Below, piece by piece: positions 29,901 through 40,022 of a stretch of DNA of 64,000 bases. This DNA comes from an uncultured virus (IMG/VR IMGVR_UViG_3300024308_000022) (lineage: Duplodnaviria > Heunggongvirae > Uroviricota > Caudoviricetes): the IMG/VR virus record IMGVR_UViG_3300024308_000022, positions 1 through 64,000 of that record; one strand, written 5' to 3'. The notes beneath the pieces are model-generated. The model was not told the origin of the DNA. It did no database searches and saw nothing but the letters and a program-made list of their open reading frames with translations. How positions within the stretch are numbered: the first letter of the stretch is position 1; each line of letters opens with the position of its first letter. The position numbers and the translations under genes were made by a program.

Positions 29901-32900
29901 TCGTCGTTAGTGTACTCACGACTTTTCCTACGGCAGTTGTGAACAACGTCCCTAACCCAGCAATCGCAAAGAGAATCTTCCCTAACCACGATGGATTGTC
30001 TTTGTCTCCTAAGACACGATCTTTCCACCCTGTCATTTTCCCTTTCGCTGCTTCTTTACGGTCACGGATAATGTCCACCCACGAGTTTTCCCGTTTGTCC
30101 TCTCCAGCAATGCGTTCTTTGAGTTTCTCAGAGAAGCTTTTCTTTTGAGCCTTCAGGTACTCTTTGTAACCGCCAGCAGAGTCGATGTCCTGTTTGATAC
30201 TCTCCAGTTTTTCGATATACCCATCAGGTACACCGATTTTCTTGAGTTTATCCATGGTGTCATCGACTAAGGTGGAGATCTCTACGTCAGAGAGTTTACT
30301 TGCTGCTTTCTTTCCTGCGGCTTTGGCTTTTGCGAAGATACCCGCTGCACCATACCCACCTAAAGGAGCGTCTTCAAACTTAAACCCACGGATCAGTAAG
30401 TCATGGATACGCAGTAAGACGTCCAGTTGTTTGGACTGCAGATCTAACGTTTCAGAGTCGCCAGACTGACTCCCAAACGAGACACCGATGTTTCCTTTGA
30501 CGCCAGAACCTACCCACCCTAACCCTTTCTTGAGTAAACCCCACGTTTTGACGTGCGCTTTCTTCGTAAGCTCCCATACTTTCTTACCAGCGGAAACCGC
30601 TAAGCCTACGCCTTTTTTCCCGATGGCGTATAAACGCTCCGCGGGTGTACGCAGTGGTTTACCGTCAGTCGTGACTAAGCCCGCTTGGAAGTCCTCTACG
30701 GAAAGCACCACTTTCCCAAAGTTATCCACCACAGGTCCTGTGATGTCTTTAAAGGAGTAAATAGTTTTCAGTGTCTGCTGGTCGTGGTAGTACCCTTTAC
30801 GCATTAAGTTCGCGTAAAGACGCACGGTAGGTTCTTCCCCTTTGACACAGATGTCTTGGTGTGCGTGGTAAAACGCCCACGCTGACTTCAGACCGTTCTT
30901 TAACCACTCAGTAGGTTTAGTGACGCTTTTGAACATCGTTTTTACAAACGTAGCTCCAGGACCTGTAATCAGACCTCTGGCAAGATTTACTGCACGATCC
31001 AGTAAACTCTTCCCTTCGGACGTGAACGCGTTCTTCGCGTCTTCGGCAGATAACACTACTTTATCAAACCGATCGAGTACAACACCTTTGATGTCTTTTA
31101 ACGAATAGATTGGTTCTCCTGTCTCGGCATCCTTGTACCAACCTAGCGCCATCTTCCATTTCTGTAAGATCGGCTCTTTCATCCCCGGTACGTACACGTC
31201 ATCCGGCTGGTCTTTCTCTTTATCCTTTTTGGTTAAGAGATTCCATCCAAATTTTCCAGTGAACCATGCTCCTTTAAAGAGTTTGTTCCGAAGTCCAGCA
31301 CCAAAGTTATACAGCCCTTTAGTGGCTCCCCATAACCCTTTCGCAGTACCTTTCAAACCACCACGGATGTTTCTTTCCAGATTCGACATCTGTGGACCAG
31401 ACTCTCCACCCGTTACATTTCCGGTCAGTACCGTCATGCGTTCTGGTAAGCCTTGGATCAACTCCACGATCTGTTTTAACGACTCTGTTTGAGAGACTTG
31501 TAAGTCGCGAGTAGAAGACTCTTCTATCGCGTCTACGATCTGCTGTACAGCGTTATCGCTAAAAGCGTTCTGGTAGGGTTGGGTGGGTGTAGTAGCGCCG
31601 TAGATAGGCTCTGGGTTGCGTGTAAAGAACGGTTGAGTTTGCGCTTGCTGTGCTTGACGTACAGCAGCGACACTGGGTGTAATTGGAGCGCTAGTGGGAG
31701 GTACCGCACGAGGAGACCCGGAGATAAACTGAGTGAATTGATCAGTCACCGCATTTAAGTCGTAAGACTCATCGTCTCCGTTGCGTTTAATCAACCCAGT
31801 GTCACGCACTAAGTCTCTAAGTCCGGTGTTTGCGTAGATCTGAGTGTTCTTGAAATCCCCAGGTAGAGACTGCAATAACTCGTTGTACAAACGACTTGCA
31901 CTGACTAACAGATCCCGTGTGGCTTTGTCGTCGTAATCAATCTTCCCATCGATCGTCCGTTTGAACTTAGACTCCACCAACCCACTAAATTTCTCTGCAG
32001 TCTTTTTCCCTAAAGAGCCTTCCAGTCTCCACGAGTCACTTAAAGTCTCTGGATCAAACAGTTTGTTACTCTGCGCTTGACGCACGAGTTCTGCTTGGAC
32101 TTTCTTCCGCTCTTTCTCTGTCAGTTGTTTCTCTGGGTCTAGAGCATCCAGCAGAGAGTTGGTACGGCGATCCAACGTCCCTAACTGTGTCTCAGTAATT
32201 GCACGCTCACGGATCTTTGCGGTTAAGTCACGACGCGAGACAAACTCTGCAGTTTGGTGATTGTAACGCAATTCATCCACTGGCTGTCCGGTACGGAATG
32301 TTTCTAACGATTGCAGGATCTTCGCTAAGTAAGTCGGGATAACTTCGACGATACTGCTACGGACTAAGTTATCAAACACTGCAGGTTGGTTCAGTTGCGC
32401 TGTGTCCGTCTTGGCTAAGGCTTGGTAAGAACCATACCGTGGGATACTGTCTTTAAACAGATCTCCTACCCAGTTCACAAAGCTACCGAGCATCCCCTCG
32501 CGTTCCGTAAGCTGTTCGTCGTTCCGTGCAAACTTCTCCATCAACCCTTCGCGGTTGGACACCAAGTAACTTAACTTCGCTCCGTACTTGTCCAGTTTCT
32601 CATCCGCACCAGGAATCTTAGACGTGATCTTCTTGATTGCTTTGGCGGTTTTATTACCTAACATACTACCGACAAACATACCGCCCATCTGAGCAGCAGT
32701 GCTGGCTGAGCTCCCGCCCATCTCCTTTTGCATCTCAGCGCCATCGGTGATCGACTCTAACGCATCGCTGCCACCCCGTAACCCTTCCGCAAATGCGCTG
32801 CCTGACTCTTTGATCTTCCCACTGACGTTTTGTAAGAACCGACCAAAGAACTTCCGACGGTGCTCGTCAAACCCTTCGTACGCTTTGCCTAACAACCCTT

Positions 32901-33720
32901 CCTGTAAGGTTTGTTTGATCTGCTCAGAGGTGGTGATCTTTTGGATTTCTGGTAAACCTGTGTTCTTTAAAATCCCACGGAGTAAACTGACGTTCTCTGG
33001 GACGGCGCCTTTGTTTAATTCAAACAAGTCTTTGATGGCGTAGTACGTTCTGTACTGTAGCTCTAATGACTTTTGTTGGAACTTTACACCAATCGAGTTT
33101 TGATACCCAACTAAGTGGCCTATCCCTTCTGCTGTTTTGGCGAGTAGCTGACGCTGTGTATTGGCACGCTGCTCTTCTGCTAAGTCCCGTACGGTTTCAC
33201 GGTCTGCTGAGTCTTGGTCTTTGACGTTTTGAATCTTCGTCTGCGCTGCAAAGATTTCCGCTAACCCTTTCGTAATTCCTTCTTCACGAAAGTCCGTTTG
33301 CTGCCTTTTATACTCTTCTTCTGACTCGAGTAATTTATCAAGTTTCTCACTTATCCCTTTGGGTAGGACGGGGGTCGCTAACGCTTTTACTCGCTTAAGC
33401 GCCCCTTTCAATCCTTTGACCGCTGGACGAAGCTCACGGTCTAAGTGATCGTACGTCCCTTGGGCGGCGTACGCCACGTCGTCTGCCACGTCGAGTGCGT
33501 CACTGTACCCACTTGGTAACGCTTTGCGTAACACCTGACGCATAAAACTTGGGTCGGTGACAGACGACTTCACACCACTTAAGAAATCTTTCGGTAAAGC
33601 AGCTACGATCTCTCGGTCACTCTTGGGTCGAAACGGATCATCCATGTCTCCGTCAAACCCAAAGTCGTCAATGTCAAAGTCATCGACGTTATCCAGTTTC
33701 TTTACCATCACAGTCTCCAT
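26929..33720 (-). CDS. tail tape-measure protein with C-terminal lytic transglycosylase (phiKZ gp181-like)
   Basis: 2263 aa with TM segments; SLT motifs IESS, ATGLFQF and YLAHH.G. Confidence 0.9.
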   Translation of the reverse strand: METVMVKKLDNVDDFDIDDFGFDGDMDDPFRPKSDREIVAALPKDFLSGVKSSVTDPSFMRQVLRKALPSGYSDALDVADDVAYAAQGTYDHLDRELRPAVKGLKGALKRVKALATPVLPKGISEKLDKLLESEEEYKRQQTDFREEGITKGLAEIFAAQTKIQNVKDQDSADRETVRDLAEEQRANTQRQLLAKTAEGIGHLVGYQNSIGVKFQQKSLELQYRTYYAIKDLFELNKGAVPENVSLLRGILKNTGLPEIQKITTSEQIKQTLQEGLLGKAYEGFDEHRRKFFGRFLQNVSGKIKESGSAFAEGLRGGSDALESITDGAEMQKEMGGSSASTAAQMGGMFVGSMLGNKTAKAIKKITSKIPGADEKLDKYGAKLSYLVSNREGLMEKFARNDEQLTEREGMLGSFVNWVGDLFKDSIPRYGSYQALAKTDTAQLNQPAVFDNLVRSSIVEVIPTYLAKILQSLETFRTGQPVDELRYNHQTAEFVSRRDLTAKIRERAITETQLGTLDRRTNSLLDALDPEKQLTEKERKKVQAELVRQAQSNKLFDPETLSDSWRLEGSLGKKTAEKFSGLVESKFKRTIDGKIDYDDKATRDLLVSASRLYNELLQSLPGDFKNTQIYANTGLRDLVRDTGLIKRNGDDESYDLNAVTDQFTQFISGSPRAVPPTSAPITPSVAAVRQAQQAQTQPFFTRNPEPIYGATTPTQPYQNAFSDNAVQQIVDAIEESSTRDLQVSQTESLKQIVELIQGLPERMTVLTGNVTGGESGPQMSNLERNIRGGLKGTAKGLWGATKGLYNFGAGLRNKLFKGAWFTGKFGWNLLTKKDKEKDQPDDVYVPGMKEPILQKWKMALGWYKDAETGEPIYSLKDIKGVVLDRFDKVVLSAEDAKNAFTSEGKSLLDRAVNLARGLITGPGATFVKTMFKSVTKPTEWLKNGLKSAWAFYHAHQDICVKGEEPTVRLYANLMRKGYYHDQQTLKTIYSFKDITGPVVDNFGKVVLSVEDFQAGLVTTDGKPLRTPAERLYAIGKKGVGLAVSAGKKVWELTKKAHVKTWGLLKKGLGWVGSGVKGNIGVSFGSQSGDSETLDLQSKQLDVLLRIHDLLIRGFKFEDAPLGGYGAAGIFAKAKAAGKKAASKLSDVEISTLVDDTMDKLKKIGVPDGYIEKLESIKQDIDSAGGYKEYLKAQKKSFSEKLKERIAGEDKRENSWVDIIRDRKEAAKGKMTGWKDRVLGDKDNPSWLGKILFAIAGLGTLFTTAVGKVVSTLTTMWGGVKAIRDTVLATQAAAGAADLLTPDGLPEGADKKGKLRAKTKLGRLGQAAWGGTKALGRGALSVAKWTVGMPALLLARGALGLGALGLGAAASILTSPVVLGSLAVGAVGYGAYKGYRALRGELKPLERLRAAEYGRDPNSIGDFEDIRALEEKLRPHLILSSKGPASLDKELPWKELVDIFGIDTKDKTETMTWANWFQYRFAPVYLRWVTLVPQFQPGVTLSDLDGKLKDSFKVPYAEKVTWRKDEAGYPYTVAAGPYGESDSEMGDSVVKEELTALTALFGDDALREKAKERLAAQGSGSGSLGFVAGMKDGMPTAGSAKLAEFSAPQPGRQSNLKTYKAGALEYVTPSTLPNSVNTKFTDTLTNEFGQRNNNIDDFAAVRLKTYGLVTLEVEKVNSVLALESDVLQQVVYNAAGRAELVKDPMHYLMLYASHFGVNTENPDQRTEWLYWFQYRFTPVLLNFIAAVKRIDKNAEPRSASTKFSKGRLHEIAKAIASSTTVVEKKPTSVWSVYAVAFPGYAMNEHAASVDVHLAALKKDAEEVVYQTPGSLRASNLKGDREVKLKTTYTATGGVPDVFKPGNTAGLGQSGIFPSSGKSGQPIAPFMAGSGAGYLELPNPKGDGTPEAYAALLKAAAEAAGIEPGILETFAKIESSFRTKVRNPESSATGLFQFTNQTWKEQLGKHAATYGIPKDASPTDPKASALLAAEYIKANRAQLESKIGRKASLNDIYLAHHFGVGGASKLLNSSPMEDGVKVLPAAAGANPSVFLEGNRHRSVAEVLAYIDKKVKGNVPAFFDDSAVGQPTLIATAQQSFAADAPATPAEVKRLQSLGIYDQAAKQLVTPRTAELVQVQPSAASGGFNAVPRGIAAAPATTVAAGEQLSAVQRMAQEKRTQAAQTQQQARHVQQLQHTTMAQTVDYAKRTTEATELTASTLQRIEKLLSVFQPKEPVQTKPDEPSSNTNLAQQRFASKAPQPVVKTTRDV

Positions 33721-33749
33721 CTCTTTCTTTTATAGAGGATTAACACAGA

Positions 33750-35195
33750 ATGAGGCTTGAAACCCTTCCCTTTAATATAGGGATAGAACAACTCACCCCA
33801 GAGTCGGTGAAATACATGCGTCCTGTGCGTGTGTTAGATACCCACAACGCTGCGGGGACTGAGTACCATCCCGATGGCTTATTCTCACTGGTCACCTTTG
33901 GACGCCAAGGCTCTGAGGAGAGAGACTTAAAAGAAAGTTACATCGACCTCAAAACCACAGTGTTCCACCCAGAGATCTACATGGAGCTTATCAAGCTTCG
34001 TGCGTTTTATGCCCAAGTGATGGCAGGCAAAGCCTACGCTTTATGGGACGACGCTAGTAAAGACTTTGTAGCCTCTGACCCCTTAAACGGACAAACAGGC
34101 TATCAGTTCTTTATGGAACACTGGCAGAAAATCCAGTGGAACACGGAAGGTTCTGACATCCGTAAAGAACGTATTGCTGTGTTAGAGCGTTACAAAGCGA
34201 AATCGTTGATGCGGTATCACTTGGTGATTCCCGCTGGCTTACGAGACATCCACGAAGAGAAACCCGGTAAAACCACCGAAGATGAAATCAATGACCTCTA
34301 CCGGAAACTCTTAGCCGCTACACTGTCTTTACAAGACACGAAAGAGTCGTCTACCTCTCCTTTATACGACAACGCACGGATTGCCATCCAGAAAACTGCT
34401 GTGGCTATTTATTTGTACATCAAACGGATGGTATCTGGAAAACGAGGCTGGTTGCAAGGGAAGTGGGGTGCGCGCAAAACCTTCCATGGCACACGGAACG
34501 TCATTACGCCAATGACACTGACGTCTGCTTTATTGGGCAGTCCCGATGCCCCTCGTGTGAATGACACAGAGATGGGGTTGTGGCAGTTCTCCCGTGGTGC
34601 GGTACTACATACGCTCCACTGTTTACAAACAGGGTGGCTGGGTAGAATCTTTGGTGGGGAAACGGATGTTTGGTTAACCAACAAGAAAACACTACAGAAA
34701 GAACTCGTGCAACTCGACTCTAAAACCATCGAAGACTTCACGACTCGTCCTGGGTTAGAGAAACTCATCAACCGGTTTGAAATCCATCGGCTGCGCAACC
34801 GTCCCGTGTATGTAGAGAACTACTACTTAGGGTTAGTGTATCGCACAGATCGGGTCTTTAAGTTCTTTGCTGATATTCGTGAGTTACCAGAAGGGTTCTC
34901 TAAAGAACACGTATACCCCATTACGTTAGGGGAACTACTGTACGTTTCTTTACTACCGAAGATCGATACATTAACGTGTTCAATCACGCGATATCCGATC
35001 ACCGACGATGGTTCGGTATATCCTTCCTTTGTACGCGTGAGAACCACCAGCGAGTCTTTACGTTTAGTCCAACTCAACGAAGAATGGCAACCCACAGAGA
35101 CTATAGCTCCACGTTATCCCGTTGTAGATGGGTCGCAAACGTGGATAGGAAGTTTGAAAGTTAACCCTCTGCGCTATCCGCGCTTGGGGGCAGAT
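33750..35195 (+). CDS. virion RNA polymerase beta' subunit (phiKZ gp180-like), exon 1
   Basis: DGLFS..FG, PAGLRD, GKRG, RNVI and RYP RpoC-like motifs; ends ..LGAD at the intron boundary. Confidence 0.9.
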
Positions 35196-35705
35196 TTGAA
35201 GAAACGTGTGTTTTAATCAATCTCCTAATACTGGAGTGCGTGTTTTACACAATAGTTAAAACATAAACGTTTCTAAAGTCCCACTATACAGTAATGTGTG
35301 GTGTGTAAGTTCTCTAATGCTGGAAACTGCTAAAGCTTGGCTACCAAAGCGGAGTTCGAAAGGACATACGTCACGGTTCCGAAAGGTGTACAAAAGTGTC
35401 AAGATGGTCTATGCTGAAATAAAACGTGAGTTACGACTCACCGCTAAGGACTGTAAACAATGCACAACCAGCCGCGAAGCTTCTAAACTTTACTGACTAA
35501 AAGGTAAAGCATGAAGTGTGCTCAACGACTAACCCTTTAGCAAGGTGTAGGGCTCAAGCGAGTCCGAAATGGGAACACCCTACTTTTGCACTAGCGGAAG
35601 AGGGATTGATATAGTCTGGTCTGTGAGGAAATCTCACAGCGGTCTTAGAGCGCCGTGAGACGCACTCTGACGGGGAGGGTGTCGCGAACCCACCTGAACA
35701 CTACG
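35196..35705 (+). ncRNA. group I self-splicing intron (IA-like), no homing endonuclease ORF
   Basis: P1 with U35195.G35278 wobble; P AATGCTGGAAA, Q AACCAGC, R CTCAACGACTA, S GATATAGTC; P3 GTTCTC/GGGAAC; terminal G35705. Confidence 0.9.
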
Positions 35706-35894
35706 AACGACGGAGACATGTGTAGCTCGCCTATTTGGATGTCCGATGAAGCGAATGCTGAAATTAAGAAGTTGTTGTCGTCACGCAACAACTATATCGA
35801 CTTAGACGGACGGATGCGGATTACCGCAAACGGAGACACCGTCAGTTTGATTGTACATAACCTCACAGGGGAACCTGTGAAACGAGGAAGGTAA
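35706..35894 (+). CDS. virion RNA polymerase beta' subunit, exon 2
   Basis: Starts NDGDMCS, completing the catalytic motif; spliced product is 544 aa. Confidence 0.88.
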   Translation, partial: NDGDMCSSPIWMSDEANAEIKKLLSSRNNYIDLDGRMRITANGDTVSLIVHNLTGEPVKRGR

Positions 35895-35899
35895 ACGTA

Positions 35900-38800
35900 A
35901 TGTCAGATTTCCTTCAATTAGGTTTAGAAGCCCTTACGTTTGATAATTTCTATTACAAACGTGGGGTAAGGACCTATACCTTATTTAAACAACCTGCGTT
36001 TCATACGCTGGAGAGTTTCGAACTCCCACTCCAAAGCGTGGTGCATTACCTCCCTACCAGTGAGTTGGAGTTAGGTCCTACAGAGAAAGACGTATTCTTC
36101 CAAAAGAGAAACGGTCCTATACTGGTAGAGCATGTAGCAACACTCTCTACACTGGAAGGAAACCCAGTGAAGAAACTGGTGTCTCCTGATGGCTTGATTC
36201 AAGCGTATCGGCGTAAAGAAAGAAACATCCGCCGCTTGCTGTCGTTAGACGTACCAGCCCGTGACACACGTGCGTTGCCTGTGTTTAACTACGCGTTACT
36301 GCAGCACATGTACCGCTACCGTGTAGTACCTTTAACACGGTATCACGAGTTCTGGAATACGTACAATACGTTACTGGCGACTATAAAAAGTACAGCAGAG
36401 AAACTTCCAGACCACCATCAGTTTATTCGGATGGAACTGCCTGAGGTTTTACCAAGCTTACCTCAGTTACGTAACTTCCGCAAAGCAGTCAATCGCAGTA
36501 CGTTAGAACCGTTAACGAATGACTTTACGCTGTTCTTAGCAGAGCTCTGGGCGTGGTTAGGAGAAGAGTCCAACTCCGAGTTACTCAAAGGGTTGGACGA
36601 AACGACCTTAAGTCGTGTGAACCTGCTGTTTGTACTCTCAGGTCGCTACGTGGTATTAAACTTAGGGACACTGTGGAGTTGGAGAAAAGACCCTACAGAA
36701 CGTAACCCGAAAGCATTAGCGTCTCCTAAAGAGTTACAGATCCAACTGTATCGCTTTGTGATGCAATTGCAGTTACTGCAGACGCAAGGGGAGCGTGTAG
36801 AGCTCATTACCACACAGGACGAGAACGGAGAGGAGCTGGTTGTACTACAAACGCCTACGGAAGTCGTAGACGAAGCAGAAGACACACCAGAGCTACCTGC
36901 GGATAACTCCTTACGTATCCAGACTGTGACGTCGGAGGTTCCAGTAGAGCCTCCAAAAGACACAGAAGAGAGTTTACCGCTGTGGGACGTTAAACCCATG
37001 GAGCACGTCAACCGTTTAGCAGCGAAAGGGTTACTGTCTTTAGCAGAGCAGAAACGTGCCATTGCGTTGAGTGAATCGTACAAAAAGATTCCTAACCCTC
37101 GTGGAGAAGGTACACTTGCCGACTTAGTGCAAATTGATCCAGAACGTCTGACCCACTTTAAGAAGAAACGTATTCCTGACAGTGCGTTTATCTTTGACAA
37201 AAGTATGTTAGAAACCACACTGGAAGATTTCCACAAAACGTCAATCAACTACGCCCTCCCGCGCTGGACTGCGCAGATGGTGCTCTCCGCTCAGAACTTT
37301 GGTGTAAACGTCACTGGGTATGAAATAGAACCTGTGAAAGACGCGTACAACGAGTACGAGATTCACACGGTGAAACTGAGCCCAATCGGCGGAGCCCCTT
37401 CGGTGTGGCGGTTTAAATTACCGATCATTAATGAACGTGGAGAATATTTAGCCGGGTCAACTACGTACCGGATGCGTATTCAAAGGTCTGACAATCCAAT
37501 TCGTAAAGTGAATTCCTACCGGGTTGCGTTGAGTAGTTACTACTCTAAAGTGTTTGTGAATCGTAGCAGTAAGAAAGCGTATGACTACAACCAGTGGTTA
37601 GTCTCTGCTGTAACTGAAAAGGAACAAGCGAGTTTACTACGTACCACACGCGGTAAAAGCTTCGACCACTTGCAGGTCTGTCCTCGGGTCTATAGTGCAC
37701 TAGGCAAAACCTTTAAAGAGGTCTCTACCGAAAACTACCGCTTTGTCTTTAAGAGCAGTGTACTCAAAGAAGCGATTGGTGCTGACGTGTACGACCAGCA
37801 CGTGAAGCTCGGTCAGTTCCCTTGTGGGTTGACCAAGACAGGTGACTTGTTACTAATGGACACCCAAGGCTTTGTGTCGTTAAAAGACGGTACAGCTCTG
37901 GAGCACTTAGAAGTCATCCTTGGGTTAGATCGTGCAAAAGCTCCGATTGACATGGCTGAAGTCTCTTACTTAGGGAAAGAGATACCTCTAGCGTTTATGC
38001 TTGGTCACCGTATGGGCTTAACCCAACTGATCCAGTCCCTCAAAGTCAAACCTCGGGTAGTGACTCGTGGTGCCCGCTTAGAGTTAGAGCCTGAAGAGTT
38101 TCCGATTCGCTTTAAAGACCAGACGTTAGTGTTTAGTCGTTTTGATGATCCAAAAGCAATGCTTATATTAGCAAGCTTAAACTGGTTCAGTACTGAAGTG
38201 CAGAAGTACTCTTACCACGAGTATGACTCTCCAGAAGTATACGAAACGATTATGTACAACATGGGCTTAGGCGGACGGTACACGAGGGAGTTGGTGTCGT
38301 TGTTTGATGGGTTTATTGACCCGATTACACTAGACGTTTTAAAACGCCTAGGAGAGCCTACCACGCTTCCTGAATTACTCTTCCGTAGTGCGGAGTTACT
38401 CACTACAGACGAGCATCCAAACGAATCTGACGCACGGTATCGTCGTGTGAAAGGCTATGAGCGGATCTCAGCAGTGGTGTACAACGAGTTAGTGAAAGGG
38501 ATCAAGCAATACCGTACAAACCCACACACTACGAAAGCGAAAGTGGAGATCAACCCCAACGCAGTCTGGATGGCTTTACAAAACGACACCGCAGTGAGTA
38601 TTGTAGAGGAGTCTAACGTCATCCAAAACCTGAAAGAGCAATCGAACATTACTCTTTCAGGTACAGGTGGGCGGACGTCACGTAGTCTGGTGCGTAGAAC
38701 CCGTGAGTTCCACGAGACGGACTTAGGGATTGTTTCAGAAGCCACAGTGGATAACGCTGAGGTAGGAGTCACCGCCTTCTTATCCCCAAACAGTCGTCTA

Positions 38801-40006
38801 GACGACTTGTACGGGTTAACGAAGACTGAGTTTGATCCTGAGAACACAGCGAGTATTTTGAGCGCGTGTGCGTTAGCGACCTCGTTCTCAGATCGTGAGG
38901 CAAGTCCGCGTCTCGCATTTCAAAATATACAGCAGAGCCACGTAATTGCAGCAAAAGGCTATCGGGCGTTACCTGTACGGACTGGTTACGAGACTGTCCT
39001 AGCTCATTCTACAGGGGAGTTGTTCTCTTGGGTCGCGAAAGGAAAAGGAAAGGTCACTGAAGTCACGCCTGTGTCTTTAGTCATCCAGTACGACGATCCA
39101 GCCTTAGGGACTGAAACTGTACCTTTAGGACGTGAGTACGGAGTGATGACTGGTACGACACTACCACACGACTTAGTCACTGACTTAACCGTAGGGAGTG
39201 ACGTCGGCGAGGGAGATATCGTGATGTGGAACTCTGGGTTCTTCACACGAGATTTCTTTAATCCAAAACAAGTCACGTGGATGAATGGTGCTCTGGTACA
39301 AACCGTGTTGTGGGAAGGACCATCCACCTACGAAGACTCCAACGTGATCTCTGCGGAAGTCGCAAGAGAGTTAGAAACCAACACCACACAAGTGCGTGAG
39401 CTCTCTGTGGACTTTACCCAAGGGGTGAGGAACCTCGTCAACCCTGGAGATGAACTCGACATTCATGACGTACTGTGTTATATCGAAGACTCTGTTACGG
39501 CAGGGACTCGACTCTTTGACGAACAAACGTTAGAGAAACTTGGTACGTTAGCACGCAATGCTCCAAAAGCGAAATACGCTGGAAAGGTAGGGCGTGTGGA
39601 AGTACTGTACAACGGGGACGTGGATGACATGACAGAGTCTTTACGAGAAATCGTACTCGCTGCAAACCGTCGGCGTGCGAAAGAGTCTCGGTTACGGGGT
39701 GGGAAAGCCGCACTTACAGGACGAGTGGAAGACTTAGAACTCGACAAAGTCGTGATCAAAGTGTACATCGATTCTACGTTGGGTTCAGCGGATGGCGATA
39801 AGATCGTTTTCTGTAATCAGATGAAAACTGTGACACGCGGGGTGTACCACACCGAGCGTAAGGCAGAGTCTGGTGCTTTGATAGGAGCAGAGTTTAGTTA
39901 CCGTTCTGTGAATGCACGGATGGTAGAGTCTGCTTTATTACAAGGGACCTTGACGACCCTTTTAAAACATATCGGTGAGTTAGCCGCTCAAGCTTACCGC
40001 AGCTAA
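35900..40006 (+). CDS. virion RNA polymerase beta subunit, large part (phiKZ gp178-like)
   Basis: 1368 aa; GTGGR, R.FH..DLG..SE..VD...VG, NIQQSH, YEDS and DGDK....Q.K RpoB motifs. Confidence 0.92.
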   Translation: MSDFLQLGLEALTFDNFYYKRGVRTYTLFKQPAFHTLESFELPLQSVVHYLPTSELELGPTEKDVFFQKRNGPILVEHVATLSTLEGNPVKKLVSPDGLIQAYRRKERNIRRLLSLDVPARDTRALPVFNYALLQHMYRYRVVPLTRYHEFWNTYNTLLATIKSTAEKLPDHHQFIRMELPEVLPSLPQLRNFRKAVNRSTLEPLTNDFTLFLAELWAWLGEESNSELLKGLDETTLSRVNLLFVLSGRYVVLNLGTLWSWRKDPTERNPKALASPKELQIQLYRFVMQLQLLQTQGERVELITTQDENGEELVVLQTPTEVVDEAEDTPELPADNSLRIQTVTSEVPVEPPKDTEESLPLWDVKPMEHVNRLAAKGLLSLAEQKRAIALSESYKKIPNPRGEGTLADLVQIDPERLTHFKKKRIPDSAFIFDKSMLETTLEDFHKTSINYALPRWTAQMVLSAQNFGVNVTGYEIEPVKDAYNEYEIHTVKLSPIGGAPSVWRFKLPIINERGEYLAGSTTYRMRIQRSDNPIRKVNSYRVALSSYYSKVFVNRSSKKAYDYNQWLVSAVTEKEQASLLRTTRGKSFDHLQVCPRVYSALGKTFKEVSTENYRFVFKSSVLKEAIGADVYDQHVKLGQFPCGLTKTGDLLLMDTQGFVSLKDGTALEHLEVILGLDRAKAPIDMAEVSYLGKEIPLAFMLGHRMGLTQLIQSLKVKPRVVTRGARLELEPEEFPIRFKDQTLVFSRFDDPKAMLILASLNWFSTEVQKYSYHEYDSPEVYETIMYNMGLGGRYTRELVSLFDGFIDPITLDVLKRLGEPTTLPELLFRSAELLTTDEHPNESDARYRRVKGYERISAVVYNELVKGIKQYRTNPHTTKAKVEINPNAVWMALQNDTAVSIVEESNVIQNLKEQSNITLSGTGGRTSRSLVRRTREFHETDLGIVSEATVDNAEVGVTAFLSPNSRLDDLYGLTKTEFDPENTASILSACALATSFSDREASPRLAFQNIQQSHVIAAKGYRALPVRTGYETVLAHSTGELFSWVAKGKGKVTEVTPVSLVIQYDDPALGTETVPLGREYGVMTGTTLPHDLVTDLTVGSDVGEGDIVMWNSGFFTRDFFNPKQVTWMNGALVQTVLWEGPSTYEDSNVISAEVARELETNTTQVRELSVDFTQGVRNLVNPGDELDIHDVLCYIEDSVTAGTRLFDEQTLEKLGTLARNAPKAKYAGKVGRVEVLYNGDVDDMTESLREIVLAANRRRAKESRLRGGKAALTGRVEDLELDKVVIKVYIDSTLGSADGDKIVFCNQMKTVTRGVYHTERKAESGALIGAEFSYRSVNARMVESALLQGTLTTLLKHIGELAAQAYRS

Positions 40007-40022
40007 ACTGGAGTAGAAAAAA

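Noticed and set aside
35296..35496. 66-aa ORF inside the intron as a homing endonuclease
   Set aside because: Too short, has no HNH, GIY-YIG or LAGLIDADG motif, and overlaps the ribozyme core.
35655..35705. GTG start of a separate 79-aa gene
   Set aside because: The first 17 codons are intron sequence; the remainder is exon 2 of RNAP beta'.
35196..35705. Intein or stop-codon readthrough explaining the RNAP split
   Set aside because: The insert has in-frame stops and clear group I RNA elements.
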